Shown here piece by piece: positions 26,757 to 40,194 of a stretch of 64,000 nucleotides of DNA (within the stretch, counting starts at the first letter, position 1; every line of letters begins with the position of its first letter). The notes beneath the pieces were generated by a model. That model did not search any database. It was not told the DNA's origin and saw only the letters and a list, made by a program, of their open reading frames with translations. This stretch comes from Camelus dromedarius (lineage: Eukaryota), in the NCBI RefSeq assembly GCF_036321535.1, contig NC_087447.1:39992001-40056000 (forward strand), written 5' to 3'. The position numbers and the translations under genes are program-made.

Positions 26757-26769
26757 AGAAAAGCCAGGT

Positions 26770-27000
26770 GTTTCAGAGTGGGAAAAGCACTGGATTTAAG
26801 AATGAAGAAGGCTGATTCCAAACCCTGCTCTACCACTTAGTAACTGAGAGACCCTGGGCAAGTCACTTTGCCTCTCTGAGCCTCAGCTTTCTCACCTGTA
26901 AAGTGGACATGACAGGACCTCCCGGGGTTACTGTGAGGATTAAATGTGACAGCGTATATGAAAACACCAATGTGCTTGACATATGTTGGATACACAGAAA
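26770..27000 (+). repeat. MIR SINE
   Basis: ctgggcaagtcactttgcctctctgagcctcagctttctcacctgtaaagtgg...gtgaggattaaatg. Confidence 0.85.
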
Positions 27001-27799
27001 AATAGGAAAAGATACAGAGGATGGAATAAACTATTGTCAGGGCATCGCCAAGCAGACCCCCATCTTTTTCAACCTGCTGAGTTTTAACAGTGAACTAAAA
27101 AACTTATATTCATATATACTCCAATGATCTGAGGAGGACATCAGGCCTTTTAATTGCTCTGATCCTGACTCCAGAATATTGATTTAGGACATTTAATACC
27201 ATTTCCAAATACCAGGCTTCATTTGCATTGGGTTGGAAGCCGGGCTGCCGAGCAGTGGCTGTTGATTTTAGGCAGGGGCTTGAGAGGGCCTGCAGCCCAC
27301 CTTCCTCCTGGCCTGAGGCCAGCCAAGAGCTGGCTTCACCTGGGACTCAGGAGAACTGGCCAGCGGCGAGGAGGCCGCGTCTTTGATGGATTTTCACTGT
27401 TTGATTAAAGTGCAGCTGGGGCCAGCCTGAACCTTTCAGCAGGACACTCGTCATGGGTTGCAGAGCCGGCCTGTGCTAAGGCCATTTGGCCAGGGCCAAG
27501 CCCACCCTGGCCCAGTCTCCCTTTTGCCCAGGAAGCCTGTGAGTCTGCCTTTTGGAGGCCCCAGGGCTTATTTTCAGAAGCTCAATTCTCCAAGCTCTAA
27601 ACACTGCCTCCAGGAGCATCTTAGAATCAGAATTCAAAAGGCAGCCAATGGCTCCCAGGGTCCCAGAAGACCTACTTTACACAACATTCCAGGCTGCTCA
27701 GCTGTTCTTCAGCAAACACTGGTCAGTGCTCTGAGCCCACCCCCAGCACTTCATTTACCATCCAGGGGGCTTCAGATAGTGCATTAATGTCTGACCCAT

Positions 27800-28190
27800 T
27801 AAAGTCTTCTTTACTATAATTATTATGGAAAATTTCAAATAGACCCCAAAGTGGGAGACTAGTTAGTATAAGAATTCTGCATGGACCCATCACCATCCTA
27901 CAATAATTGGCAACACATGGCCACTTTTTGTCCACTGACACTGCGTGATTTGAAGCAAATCCTAGACATTTGATCATGTCATCTATAAATATTTCAGTAT
28001 GTATCTTGAAAAGATAAGGACTTTTTTCTTTTTTTTAACACAACCGCAACACCTTCCTCCCACCCTCCAAGTTAACAATGACTCCTTAATGTCATCAAAT
28101 CTCCTTACAGATTTACACTTCCCTGATTGTCTCCTAAATGACTTATAGGAGTTGATTTGTTTGAAGCAGACTTCAAACAAGGTTCTGGTG
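27800..28190 (-). mobile_element. LINE-1 3' fragment (L1MC type), reverse orientation
   Basis: attatggaaaatttcaaa, gaagcaaatcctagacat, taaatatttcagtatgtatct. Confidence 0.75.
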
Positions 28191-28717
28191 GGTTTTGAAT
28201 TATACCTGCAGTGTGTTTGGCTTTTTCATCTTCTCTCCTCTTCCCTTCAACCCCACCCTAGCTCAGTCATGTGAGGGCGTTGGAAGCCCAGAGACAACAC
28301 TTACTTACATAGCCTTGGACACATAACCAAGCTCTCTGCTTCAACTTCCTCCCCTGGAAAGTGGGAATAATAAAAGCTCCCTAACTCCTGGGGTAATTGT
28401 AAGGGTTAAATGAAATAGAATATGCAAAATGCATAGAGCGGCATCTGGCACAGAGCATACACTCAGTGCTAGCTCTCACTGGTATTATTTTCTGAAAGAC
28501 AGTGACTTTGACAGAATGCTCAAGCACAGCCATCCAGGCAAGCAAATGCAGTTACAGGTGGGAAGAAAAGTGAGCAAAAACTGGTGCGACCCTCCACATT
28601 TTTCTGACCAGACTTTGAGCCACTATTCACAGTGAGGAAGGAGAATGTGCTAGTTTAGAGCCAGTCTCTGGAGCCAAATTGCCAGGGTTCAAATCCCATG
28701 TCTTCTAGTTGCTAGCA

Positions 28718-29138
28718 ATAGCAAAAGGATGCAGGCACTTGCCAAAGCTCACTTCCTTTCCCTCTGGGCAGACAATTCAGCTCTGTTTCTCAGCCTCTCT
28801 TACATGTAGGTATGGCCCCATAACTGATTTCTGGCCAACGGTAAATGGGCGGAAGTGATATATATCATGTCTACGCCTGGCCCCTAAAAACCTCCCACCG
28901 CAGTCTTGTTCTCTTTCTCACCCGTTGGTTGATTGGCAAGGACCCAAAGAACCTGGAGGAAGGCACAGCCATAAGAGGTACGGGGCCTGGATCCCTGCAT
29001 GACCACATGGAAGGCAATCCAATCAAGAATGATGCCACTGGGTTCTGCCATAAGCAAGAAATACACCGTTACTACATTAAGCTTCTGAGAACGGGGGGCT
29101 TATCTGCTACAGCAGCGAGTGTTACCTTAAGTCGTACA
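28718..29138 (+). mobile_element. Old MaLR LTR (MLT1J-like) nested in a MIR (MIR halves at ~28637-28717 and ~29139-29345)
   Basis: ctggccaacggtaaatgggcggaagtgat and ggatccctgcatgaccacatgga. The flanks are consecutive parts of one MIR. Confidence 0.75.
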
Positions 29139-29764
29139 CCATCCTTGACCTTGGGCAAGTTACCTGGTCTCTCTGTTCCTCAACTTCTCATCCGTAAAGG
29201 GGCAAAGATGCAAATAATACTAACAACTATTTCATGGAATTGAGAAGATTAAATAAGTTAATACACATAAAGCATCTACCACGTTGCTTGGCCCGTAACA
29301 GCACAAGCGCTCGCCCCGACGCACTCACGTAATTATTGTCACTGTTGTGCTAATACTATTATTTAAAAGGAATGGTATATCACCAAGAATTTCTACATTT
29401 TACTTAGATGTACAAGTTTTAAATCTTTGCTTTTTTTCTGGTATAATTTTTAATAATTTGGGGCTAAAATTGTACTCCAGCCAAACAATTTCCAATTTAA
29501 TAATGCAAGCTAGTGGTATAACAAGATGATGACAATTTGCTTCACAGGAAATATTTCAGGAACAGTCATTCTGCAAAATGAAGATCACCTAGTACAAGAT
29601 GCAGCACATCTCAGGTGCTCCCAGCCAACGTTAAAAAAAAAAAAAAAAAAAAAAAAAGGAGGACGAAACTTCCTCAGCGTGCACCTTTCCAGGGAAGCAG
29701 GCAGGGCTCTCATCACGCTCAGAACTGAGGACAGACCCAGTCCTGAGTTCCATGGACTTTAAAA

Positions 29765-30530
29765 AGCCAAAGTGCCCAAGAAAACCTATAAATGGCCGAA
29801 AAGCACATAAGAGGTTCAATACCATTAGCCATCAGAGAAATGCAAATGAGAAATACACTCTGCACTCACTGGAAGGGCCAAAATCAAAAAGACAGAAAAT
29901 AACAAGTGTTGTGAGGGTGTGGAGACACTGGATCCCTCATACACTGCTGGTGGAAGGTAAAACGGTGCAGCCTAGCAGTCCTTCCAAATGCTAAGCAAAG
30001 CTACCGTACGACCCAGCGATGCCACTCCTAGGTATATCCCCAAGAGAAGTGCAAACATATGTCCACACAAAAACTTGCACCTGAAAATTGACAGCCATAT
30101 TATTCATAACAGCCAAAAAGTACAAACCGTCCAAATGTCCATCAACCAATGAACAAATGAACAAAATCTGGTCATCTATGTAATAGGATATTTCACAGTC
30201 AAAAAAAGGAATGAAGTACTGATACATGCTGTGACTTGGGTGGACTTCGAAAATATTACAAACTGGAAAAAGCCAGCCACAAAAGACCACATATCACAGG
30301 ATTCCATGTATATGAAATGCCCAGGATCGGCAGATCTAGAGAGACAGAACATACTGATGGTTACTTGGGGGAGTGATTACTAACGGCACAGAGTTTCTCC
30401 TGGGACTGACGAGAATGCTGTAAAGTTGATTGGATTGATGGTTGTATAACTTTTAATATACTAAAAACCGCTGATTGATACCCTCCAAATGGGTGAACTG
30501 TATCTCAATAAAGCTGCAATATTAAAAAAA
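29765..30530 (+). mobile_element. Old LINE-1 3' end (L1MB type)
   Basis: ccactcctaggtatatccccaagagaa and aaatgtccatcaac, ending in tatctcaataaagctg plus an A tail. Confidence 0.88.
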
Positions 30531-33409
30531 AATCTACTCCTCCATATGGATCAGGTACCTCTCCTCTGGACTCCAGCTGCCATCAGAAACCAGAGCGTGT
30601 TCCCACCTCATCAGAAGCCTTTGAGAATTATGTGCCCTGTGTTAAAATCCAGGTCCACTTCTGTGTGCCAGTGACAATGCCATGACACACACATGCTAAT
30701 GAGTCTGAAGCTCAGATGAGAGGCCAAGGCTAGAGGTGCAGCTTGAGGAGTCACCAGCACATCCAGGTAGGAGATGAAATGTTATCCACACTCCCATGAA
30801 AACTGACAACCTAACACAGCTGTCCAACCCCAGAGATACAAGCAAGGTGTTTTTTTGGTTTTGTTGTTATTTTTCCCACATAAGAGCAGAAGCTAGACCA
30901 TGAATCACACCACCCAGAACCAGCAATACTGAAAGGACTAGGTAGCTGGGAGCCCAAATTACTTAAATTGATGTCATGTCATTCGAAAAGCTCACATTCA
31001 AGTCTTACAGCCTGAACGACAATCAATTCACGGCCCTGGACTTCTGTTTCCCACCTGCTCCAACACCAATTTAAGCAATTCTGAACTTTGATCTCCACGG
31101 CAGAATGTCTCAGATTTATTGAAGTGTCAGGTCCCAATTGTGCTAACACCCGCCCCTGGCAGGGCCATTACAAGGTGTGAAATCTGGGTGTCTCATACCC
31201 CAGGCAAGTTCAGCACAGTGACAATCAGAAGGAACAAATCAATCTGCCTCTCCCTCGTCATCACGAGAGCTTGGTAATTTACTATAATGACAGGCATGGA
31301 GGAAAAGCAGGGAAAGGGATCGTTCTGTCCTTCAGGAACTTGACTATGTGCTGGAGGGGCTTCTGAGCCTTGCAACGCTCAGCTAAGAGGCATCTGCTAC
31401 TCCTCGCAAGAGGCTATTTTAGGACTTGTCCGCATCCTGAGCTGCTTTAAAATGGCGTATGTTACCCTTCTGTGTTTTGCAAACATCAAAACTGTCAGTT
31501 CCTGCTGCCCCTGTTTCTCCCAACTGTCATTATTAACTACCTGTCATCTGCAGGTCTGTCCCTCAAGGCTGGAAGCCCTGGAGAGCTCAGCCTTCTGGTA
31601 AATCAGAAAACCCCTCCGCACTGAGAGGGAAGTTTATTTCCAAGCCTGGGGTGCAGGGGAGGATGAGCCTTGGCAGCCTCCCCACCTACCTCCACTCTGG
31701 GGGCCAGTGAATCCCGAGTTCACACTGAGACTGTAGCCGGCTCCTGCCTCACCTCCTCAGTTAGAGTCCTGACCTTCCTGCTAAGTTCTGCCAGCTCCTG
31801 AATGACAGACCCTGAATCTCACACCCTACAGGGACTTGGACGAGCCTCCCAGATTCAGGACTCTCCCAACAGATGCCAGGAATCTCTGCACCCTCACCTT
31901 GGTGCCCAACGCAACAGACCAGGAGTCCAGGAGTGCCCTTGCCACCTAAACTGGGTGACTGCGGTTGTAGACCCTCTTCCTGAACTCCTTCCTCATTCCC
32001 CCTCCCCACAGGAAGCATTTCCCCTCCCAGCATGCCCCACAGCCAAAGTCACCAAGACTTTGTTGACCAAGACAAAAACTGCTTTAGGAATAATTGTTTT
32101 GAATTGAAAAGTCAATGTAATACTGCAATTGGCAGATTAATTATTCTACTGGTGAATGTTTCCTGGAAAGAAACGAGCACAGAGCTTATGATCAGGAGCC
32201 CTGTGCCCTGGGTTTATGTCCCTGAGGGAGCAGACACAGGCTGGTGGGCTTGTCCATTTATAGTCCAACATCATCATCCCCAGGAGCCCTCCTGCATCAT
32301 TCCCAGTCCTCAGTGTCAGGTTGTGCTTTTCATAGCATACAAGAGGGGAGTTGCCTCTGGATTTTAAGAGTGATAAGGGAATGAGTGAAGAGAATGGGAT
32401 ATGACTCAACGATGAAATAAATGCCCATGACATCACTCCCAGGGAAGGCGTCTGACTCCACGAGTGACTCCCCAGAAATACTCCCTGGGGTGCTGGGTGT
32501 GATCATTACATGCTCCAACTGGCTCCGATCCATTCTTAGGAGATGTAACGGGACACCTGACTACTGCCTCCTGTGCAGGGTGAGGAAACTGAGCCCTGGA
32601 GGCATCAGCCCAGCCCACTCTGTCAAAATCCAACCTGAACCTCAGAAAGCTTCCAAATCCTGTCCCTTCTCTTGTCGACCTGGGTGGAGGGGGGCAGTGA
32701 GGAGGTTCCTTTGGCTTCAAGATCCAGCTTAAAAGCACCATGTCTCCTAGGGGGTCCTTCAACCCTGTGACCCAAATTTGTCTGCTATAGCATTCAGCCC
32801 AGTGTCTTGAAATTCCCTCCCATTTGTCTGTGGTTACCAAGTTGCGGGGTGAGTCCAAGAATTTAGAGATTAGGAGGTAGGAGGAGTTGATCAAGAGAAG
32901 GAAGGACTTCTTGACCAAACCTCTCCTGGGTCTCACATGGGCCTGATGAGAACTCAGAGTAGGACAGAGGGTGGTAGCTGTGACTTCCAGCGAAATTTCA
33001 AGTATGACTATTTGGCCAAACCTTGGGTCCTGTTAGGAGGAGGAGCACTGTGGGTGACAATCAGGCCATAAAAGGATGGAAGAATGGCCATGAGAGGCTG
33101 TTCTGAAATAAAGACCAGCCTGTACTGGAGCTTACTTGTGCACATGTTACTGGCCAGGCTGGAAATCTGTGCTCCCCCGACACATCACCCTCCCATCCCA
33201 CCTCAGGTACCTGGTCCTACCAGGACTAGAAACTTTCAGCCTAACAATGTTGGTTTTACTTTCAAACAACTTACTAGGAAGACCACCTGGACCCCAAAGT
33301 AGTCATTTCTCCTGGTTATTAGTTATAAACTATTGATGGTAAGCAAGCCAACTGTCACCCTTTTGTCCTATAGTTGTACTTCTGGTGCTATATCAAGAAA
33401 CAAAAAAAC

Positions 33410-33810
33410 AAAAAACAATATTAAAAAAAAAACTTTAGGCATTATTTCTAGAAAAATTAAAAAGAGCACCAAAAGAAATGGCTAAGTAAACAACAGGACT
33501 GCACTCAATGGAATATTATTCACCAATAAAAATTACATTTAATAAAATCTGTAACATGAAAAATATTTACATTATAATAAATAAAAATATAGAATTTGTA
33601 TCTATATAGTATCTATGATACACTTATAATTATAAAAATTTAAAAGTTAAAACAAAGAAAAAGTATAGAAAAAATTAACCAAAATTCTAGTAGTGATTGC
33701 TGCTGGGAGATGGAATATTGTATGATTGTTTTTTATTCCTATTTTCCCATAAATCCCAAAGCATGGATTAATTTTATAATGGGGAAGAAAAAACATCTTA
33801 TATTTGAAAA
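33410..33810 (+). mobile_element. Ancient L1ME-like 3' remnant
   Basis: Very AT-rich, with caatggaatattattca. Confidence 0.55.
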
Positions 33811-35654
33811 GTCAGGTGCTAAGTGATTTGGTTTACTCTTCCTTCCCCCAAGAGAGTGTGCAATAGTTAAGAATATTTCTGTTTAAACTGATTAAGTTCA
33901 CTGCGTCTTCCATCCATGGCCTAACATTTTCCTAAGGCTGGATTGCAGGGAAGAGGGAAGCCAATGACACTAATCCCAGAGTTGGTTTTTCTAAGGCTGT
34001 GGCAGGTGAGTACTTTCAGCGCAAACAGAATTATCACCCAGTAAGTGCCAGTAGAACCAGATTGTAGGTGAGGGGCACTATGACCCAACACCATGCAGAC
34101 GTTGGTCCCAGGCCTGGACAAAGAGGCAGCAGCCATGACCAGGAGCGAGGCGAGCTCCATGAAGCCATGGCATCCGCCATCCTCTCCTTTGGGAGGTTCT
34201 TTTTCTTGCTGGGCTGACGTCAGGGGAGCGGCAGTGGCGGAGCTCCTTTGCCGAAAAGCAAGGATAGGGGTGCGGCTCTGGCTGATCTTCAGATTTCCTT
34301 AGTTCTGCACTTAGTAAGTGAAGCTGAGATGGGCAAGAAGGGATAGGACACGGGGAACAGGGCCGGCTCTGGGGAATTAAAAGGATCCTGTATCTCTCTT
34401 GCAGAGTTTCGGTCTGCACATTTCCCTTGTCTCCCCCAAGCCTTGCAAGTAGGCTCCTTCACCTCGGTCCTTCTTCGTCTCAGCACGTTAGCATGAGTAT
34501 GCGCAATGCCACTTTCACAAAGCAAGCTTTTCGGGACGCAAAGAACGCTGGCCTAGTCACTGCCCTTGACCAGTGGGCCTCCCTCCCTGCAGGCTCGCTG
34601 CTGTCGCTGCACCGTCAGTGCCCACAGATTCCAGGACCCCGCCTCTGGTCTGGGGGCCTTTGTGTGTCTGTCAAATAACAGAGCTAAGTGATGATGTCTT
34701 GGCACAAAGGGTAGAGAAACAGGGCCAGAAACGGAGGCCTGGATGGAATCAGGGCACCGGAAGAGTCATCCAAGTTTTGAGCAGAGTTTGAAGTAACCTG
34801 GGGACTCCCCCACAGTGGGAATAAGATGCTCACTGATGGTTCAGGCAGTTGGTTAAGAACCACTTTGCGGAGCACCTGTTAGGTACCCGGTGCGGTACCA
34901 GGCACCTGGGATACTATGTGAGCAGGACACACACAGCTCCTGCCCTCCTGAGTCTAAGGGAAGACTAAAAAGAAGGCACGCGGCCTCCTTGCCCTGGGGG
35001 CCCCGGATTTCCTACTGACTGCAGGCTACAGAACATATTGAAAATGTAACAGCATGTTTACATCTTTTTAAAAAAAAAACTATTTCATTTTTATTTTATT
35101 CTGTAAAGTATTTCGTAAAGCCTTTTATTATTAAAATTGTTGTAGCACCTTCCCCAATCGTGTTCTCTTTTCCATGACCATCAGTGGAGATTTTAGATGC
35201 TGACCAACGTTTACACGAGGATTTCATCTCTCCTCCTGTGCTAATGGCTAAAACATAATTATGAACAGCGCTTACAACCACGTGGAGATATTCCATGAGA
35301 CAAGGAGACCGATTCCTAACATGGGGGTGTCCTTGGGCCGCGGCCCGCTTATCCTGGTTTCCATCTCCTCCTCCCAACACAGAGGTGCCTTCATTAGTGG
35401 AGGAAAGAAAGAAGTCTTTGTGATGATGTCATTCCCAGACCACCCTACACAGACAATAAAACTGAATTTGAGAGCAGCCTGGTGAAATGAGAGCTCAGAA
35501 GTCATTGAACACCAGAGCTGCAAGGGCTCCAAAAGGTTAGTTAGCCTAATCCCCTGACGTCAGAAATGGGCAAAGGGGAAGAGGCTTGTCTGAGATCACA
35601 CAGCCAGTTAGCCGGGGGGGGGGGGGGGGGTGCTATTTTCACCAAGGTAGATGC

Positions 35655-37170
35655 AGGGAAATTCATTCCATAGAAATGCCGATATCACTGCGTGTTAAAT
35701 ACTATGCCAGGCAGGAGGGGCACAGGAGGAGAACCCTCGTCACAGTGTGACACACACAGCCACAGGGCTGCAACGCCGTGTGGCCGGGGCGTACAGACAG
35801 GGCAGTGTGGGACCACAGAGAAGGAAGCGTCTCACTCTCCTAGGGGAGCTACAGGAGGCATCAAGCAGAAGAGGGTATCTGAGTTGGGTCTTAACGACTG
35901 AATAGGAATTTGCTGTATAGAGAAGGGAAAAAGGTCATTCTAGAAATATGGAACAGCATGCATAAAGGTGAAAACACGTAGAAGAACATGGAGTGTTTAG
36001 GGAATGAAGAGCAGTTTCCTGTGGCTAAAATGAAGGCTTCCTGACAGGGGAATAAGGGAGACTAGACCAGAAGAGCAGACCACGGAGCAGCTGTGAAGGA
36101 CCTGAATGCCGGGCTGAGAAGTAAGAGAATGGCACATTGGCAAAAGGATGAAGAGTGGACTGAACTAAAAAGGATCAGAGACAGGGAGACAAGGGGGGTG
36201 GATACTGCAATATTTCAGGTGGAAAATAAAGATGCTAAAATTTAATAAAATAAACAATCAAAGAAGACAAAGCACACTTATGAGGCCTGAATGAAGGCAG
36301 CAATATTCAGGTGGCGGAATTAGCAGGACTTCGTGAGAGATGACTGGCTGTGGGGATGAGACGGAGCAGGGGCTGGCAAAGTGCTGCCCACGGCCGTATC
36401 CAGCCCACCACCCCTCTTTGTACAGCCCCAGCACTACGAATGGTTTTCACGCTTTTTAAGTGACTGAAAAAGAACAAAAGAGTATTTTGTGAGATATGAA
36501 AATTATGTGAAATTCAAATTTCAGGGTCCATAACTACAGTGTTATTGGAATACAGCCACGCTTGTTCATTTACCTATCGTCTGTGGCAGCAAGGGCAGAG
36601 CCGGGCAGAGGGCAGGGGGCCAGGGAAGTCTAACACGTTGACTGTCCGCCCTGTGAAACAGCGGGTGACTGCGACACTTCCACCTTAAGCAGCTGGTGGG
36701 ATGGTGCAAGAGTAAAAGCAGATTCAGGCAAGTGGGACAAATAATAATTCCGTTTCGGGCATGCTGAGTTTGAGGGTCCTATGACACATCTGGAAGACAG
36801 CGGAAAGATGTTTCTGGATACAGATGAAGGATCTGGATTTGAGAGATGGACTGTGGAACCATCAATGGGTAGGTGGTCACCGAAGTCACGGGAGTAGATG
36901 AAATAATCCCCAAAGGGGAAAAAAACGGCGTGGGGGGGGGCAGAGCAGGACCTGGCGAAACACTACTGAGGGGTAAACACATGAGAAAAGCCTACAAAGG
37001 AGTCTGAAAGCAATAGAGACACAGGGAACAATTCAGTGTGGGTAAAGTCAAGGGAGAAGAGAATTTTAAGGAAAAGAAAGCTGAATAATTCAAATGCTAC
37101 CAAAAGCCCAAGTGGAATGAGGATTGAAAAGGCCACAGTGGATTTGGGAGACCTTGGCCAGTGAAGCGTA
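35655..37170 (-). mobile_element. Long L2 remnant containing a MER58 insertion
   Basis: gggcatgctgagtttgagg, ggaacagcatgcataaagg, gagttgggtcttaacgactgaatagga. Confidence 0.8.
36367..36655. mobile_element. hAT-Charlie MITE (MER58B-like)
   Basis: caggggctggcaaa start; aaaattatgtgaaattcaaatttcag; ttggaatacagccacgc. Confidence 0.85.
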
Positions 37171-37199
37171 AATCGTGGTGAGAGAATAAATTCTTCAAT

Positions 37200-38045
37200 C
37201 GACTTCCTAGACTCTACACTCTCCCAGTTTCCCTCCAATCACACTGGCCACTCCTTTCTAGCCTCTCTCTCACCGGTCCCTCCTCATCTCCCAACTTCTA
37301 ATTATTTATTTGGGGGGAGGGGTAATCAGGTTTACTTATTTATTTTTATTTTTTAATGAAGGTACTGGGGATTGAACCCAGGTCCTCATGCACACTAAGC
37401 ATGCGTTCTACCACTGAGCTATACCCTCCCCCACCATCTCCCAATTTCTAAATGTTGGAAAGCCCTTGAATGTTTTCTATATTCTATGCTCCCTTCCATG
37501 ATGATCCTAGTCAGTCTCATGGCTTTAAATACACCTACACACCGAGAGGTGTCCAGCCCAGACCCCTCCCCTGAACTAGACTCCTAGAACCAACTGCAAG
37601 TTCAACACGGCCCCAGGGAAGTCCAGGAGGCACCTCTAACCAAACAGGTCCAAAACAGAGTCCTGCTTTTTCTCTCCAAACCACCTCTTCCTACAGAATT
37701 TTCCACTGCAGTTAAAATAAGATTCATCTTCCCAGTTGTTCAAACCCAAACCCAGGAGTCATCTTGATTGTACTCTCTCATCTTCCATCCAATCTTTCAA
37801 TAAATCCTATCCTCTGTGCCTTCAAACTATATCTAGAATTGAACACTCAACCCTCCACTGCTACCGCTGAACTCCAGACCACCAGCATCTCTCACCTGGT
37901 GCATCAGTGGGCTCCTACCTCCTCTCCCTGCTTCCACCCCACCCCCTCAGTCTCTTACCACCATCAGCGAAATCCTGTTAAAACAGAAGCAAGGTCATGT
38001 TATTCCTTAGCACAAACATTCCAAAACCCTCCCATATCACTCACT
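37200..38045 (+). mobile_element. L2a-like remnant, head-to-head with the preceding L2 and split by a SINE
   Basis: agtctcatggctttaaata, tccagcccagacccctcccctgaact, ggagtcatcttgat. Confidence 0.85.
37302..37434 (-). mobile_element. Vic-1-like SINE inserted into an L2
   Basis: Reverse complement of the same SINE. TSD catctcccaacttctaa (37285-37301) / catctcccaatttctaa (37435-37451), 16/17 identical. Confidence 0.92.
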
Positions 38046-40194
38046 GTATATTGTTCATTTTTAAAAGAAAACTCCTGAACATTGATTCTTTAAAATCACT
38101 GCACTGAACGAGCAAAGGACAAGAGGGGGATTGCACAATTTTAAAAATGTTCTAATATTCTGCTTATGCTTACACTATTTCTATTTTCTCTTCATGTAAA
38201 ACAAGGCGCATGCCATGAGATTTATTTAGGCACAAAAAAGGACATGAAGAAATACATTCGTACACTGCTTATTCAAGAATGGGGATCAGGTTTTAAGGAG
38301 TGTTAAAAAATTAAATAAACAAACAGTCCCAAGTTATAGTCACCCGCTTCCAGGACAGTAAACCAAGAATTCATTGTACTTTCATGCCCTATCCCAGCAC
38401 CTAGCACTGTGCCTGGCACGTAGCAGGTACTCAAATAACCGGTGACAGAATGGGAAGAGGAGGTCAGGATGTAACTAGGGAATGAGAAAGGGGAAGCCAG
38501 TACAGAACACTCTTTCAAGGCTCTGGTGAGCAGCTTAAGAGGAAACCAGCACTGGGAGATTATCTACAAATGGGAGAGACTCAAGCATATTTGCAGATGT
38601 TAGGGGGACAGAGCAGCATAGAGAAGGCTGGGGAAATGAGCAAAAGGGTGTCTGGCTATGCCATGTCTGGGAAGAAGAGGAATTGAATGGCCTCCTGGGA
38701 GAAGGGACCTCCTTGGAAGAGACTAAGACTGGGAGGGAAGAAAAAGACAGGTGTAGATATGGGTGGGACTGGGGGAGGGTGATGGTGAAGAAAATTTAAT
38801 TTAATAACCTGGCACTTAATTTTCTATCTGAAGGTCTGAGGAAGAGCTTGAGTGATAAGGGTTTAAACAAAGCACTTTGGAAAATGAGAATGCAAGCTGA
38901 TCAGGAGAGGAGGATTGCTCAGCAGTGCTAAGGCTTCTGCTCACTCTACAAATCATAAATCTATTACAGAGTTTGAGGATTTTCCCCAGTGACAATGGAC
39001 AGTCAACAAGAACCAAAATGGTACACTTCGGGACCAGACAAAATGTAAAGCTCTCAGGGGTAATAAAAAAAGTGGGTAAAATATAGGAACAACCATTGCC
39101 ATGGGCCTAATTTAGGGCAACTTCAGCAGGCAGATACAACTCAAGATGGTGTTCCTGGTAAAACCAAGTCCCAAGGACAGATCTGGAGGAAGAAAGGTGG
39201 AAAGTGCCCCTTTGATAAGTAGATTCTGAAAGGCGAGCTTAAGAACCCACACAAGAGGGCCTCATACAGCACTGAGGAGGACTGGAAACCCAAAGAGAGA
39301 AGATCCACAGAGAAAAATAAAATCTCCCTGTCTACAACTCCTGAGAATGGGCCCAGACACTTTTAAATGCGGAAACGAGACATCTTGGGAAACAGGACGA
39401 TTGTCTGACTTGCAAAGAAAGGTCCCTAATTTCTAAACAGACCCAAATAGTGCTACATGAGTTTTATACAGTCAGTACTAAGCTATTGACAGAACCTGTG
39501 GAATCTTCTTGCAGTCCATAATGAAAAGACTTTCAAATTTTAAAGACTATTTAAAATTGAGCTGTCAATTTTAATGGCTACCATTATTTGTGCACACTAT
39601 GCATGTTACATCCTTTGTCTCACTTAAGCCTTACAACCTCCATGTAAGGAAGGAATTTTTATTCCCAGTTTATGGATGAAAAAACAGAGGCTTCAAAGGA
39701 TTAAGGAGCTTGTCCTAAGTCACAGCAATAAATACAGAGCCAGACATCAAACCCTAAAGTGTCTGGTCCCAAAGACATGTGTCTGACTGTGGGACACAAC
39801 AGATATCAAACAAATGAACAGGGGTCCTTGGACCCAGGAGAATTCTATGCTGAAGCACTGGGATAATTTGTGGATTGACCAACATCTGTGATCTCGAGGA
39901 ATCATGAAGGATGGGAGGCTCTAGAACACTAGGGATAATGTGGAAAGAAAGAAGTTTCTGCAAAGCACAGAGCTGTGAGTTTATGCAGGATCCAGAGTAA
40001 AGCTTAGCCTTATTGTTACTTAAGTGATTGGTCAGTGGGCCCTTGATAGGGAAAGTACTGATCACTGAGACCCAGCACGTGCTCACCAAGACCAACCCCA
40101 CGGCCTTGATTCAAAGAACCACCCCGTGCAGCTGGAGCTGGGTGATGGCGGCCCCTTTATGAGAAGCACTTGCTCTCCCATTACCCACTTACAT

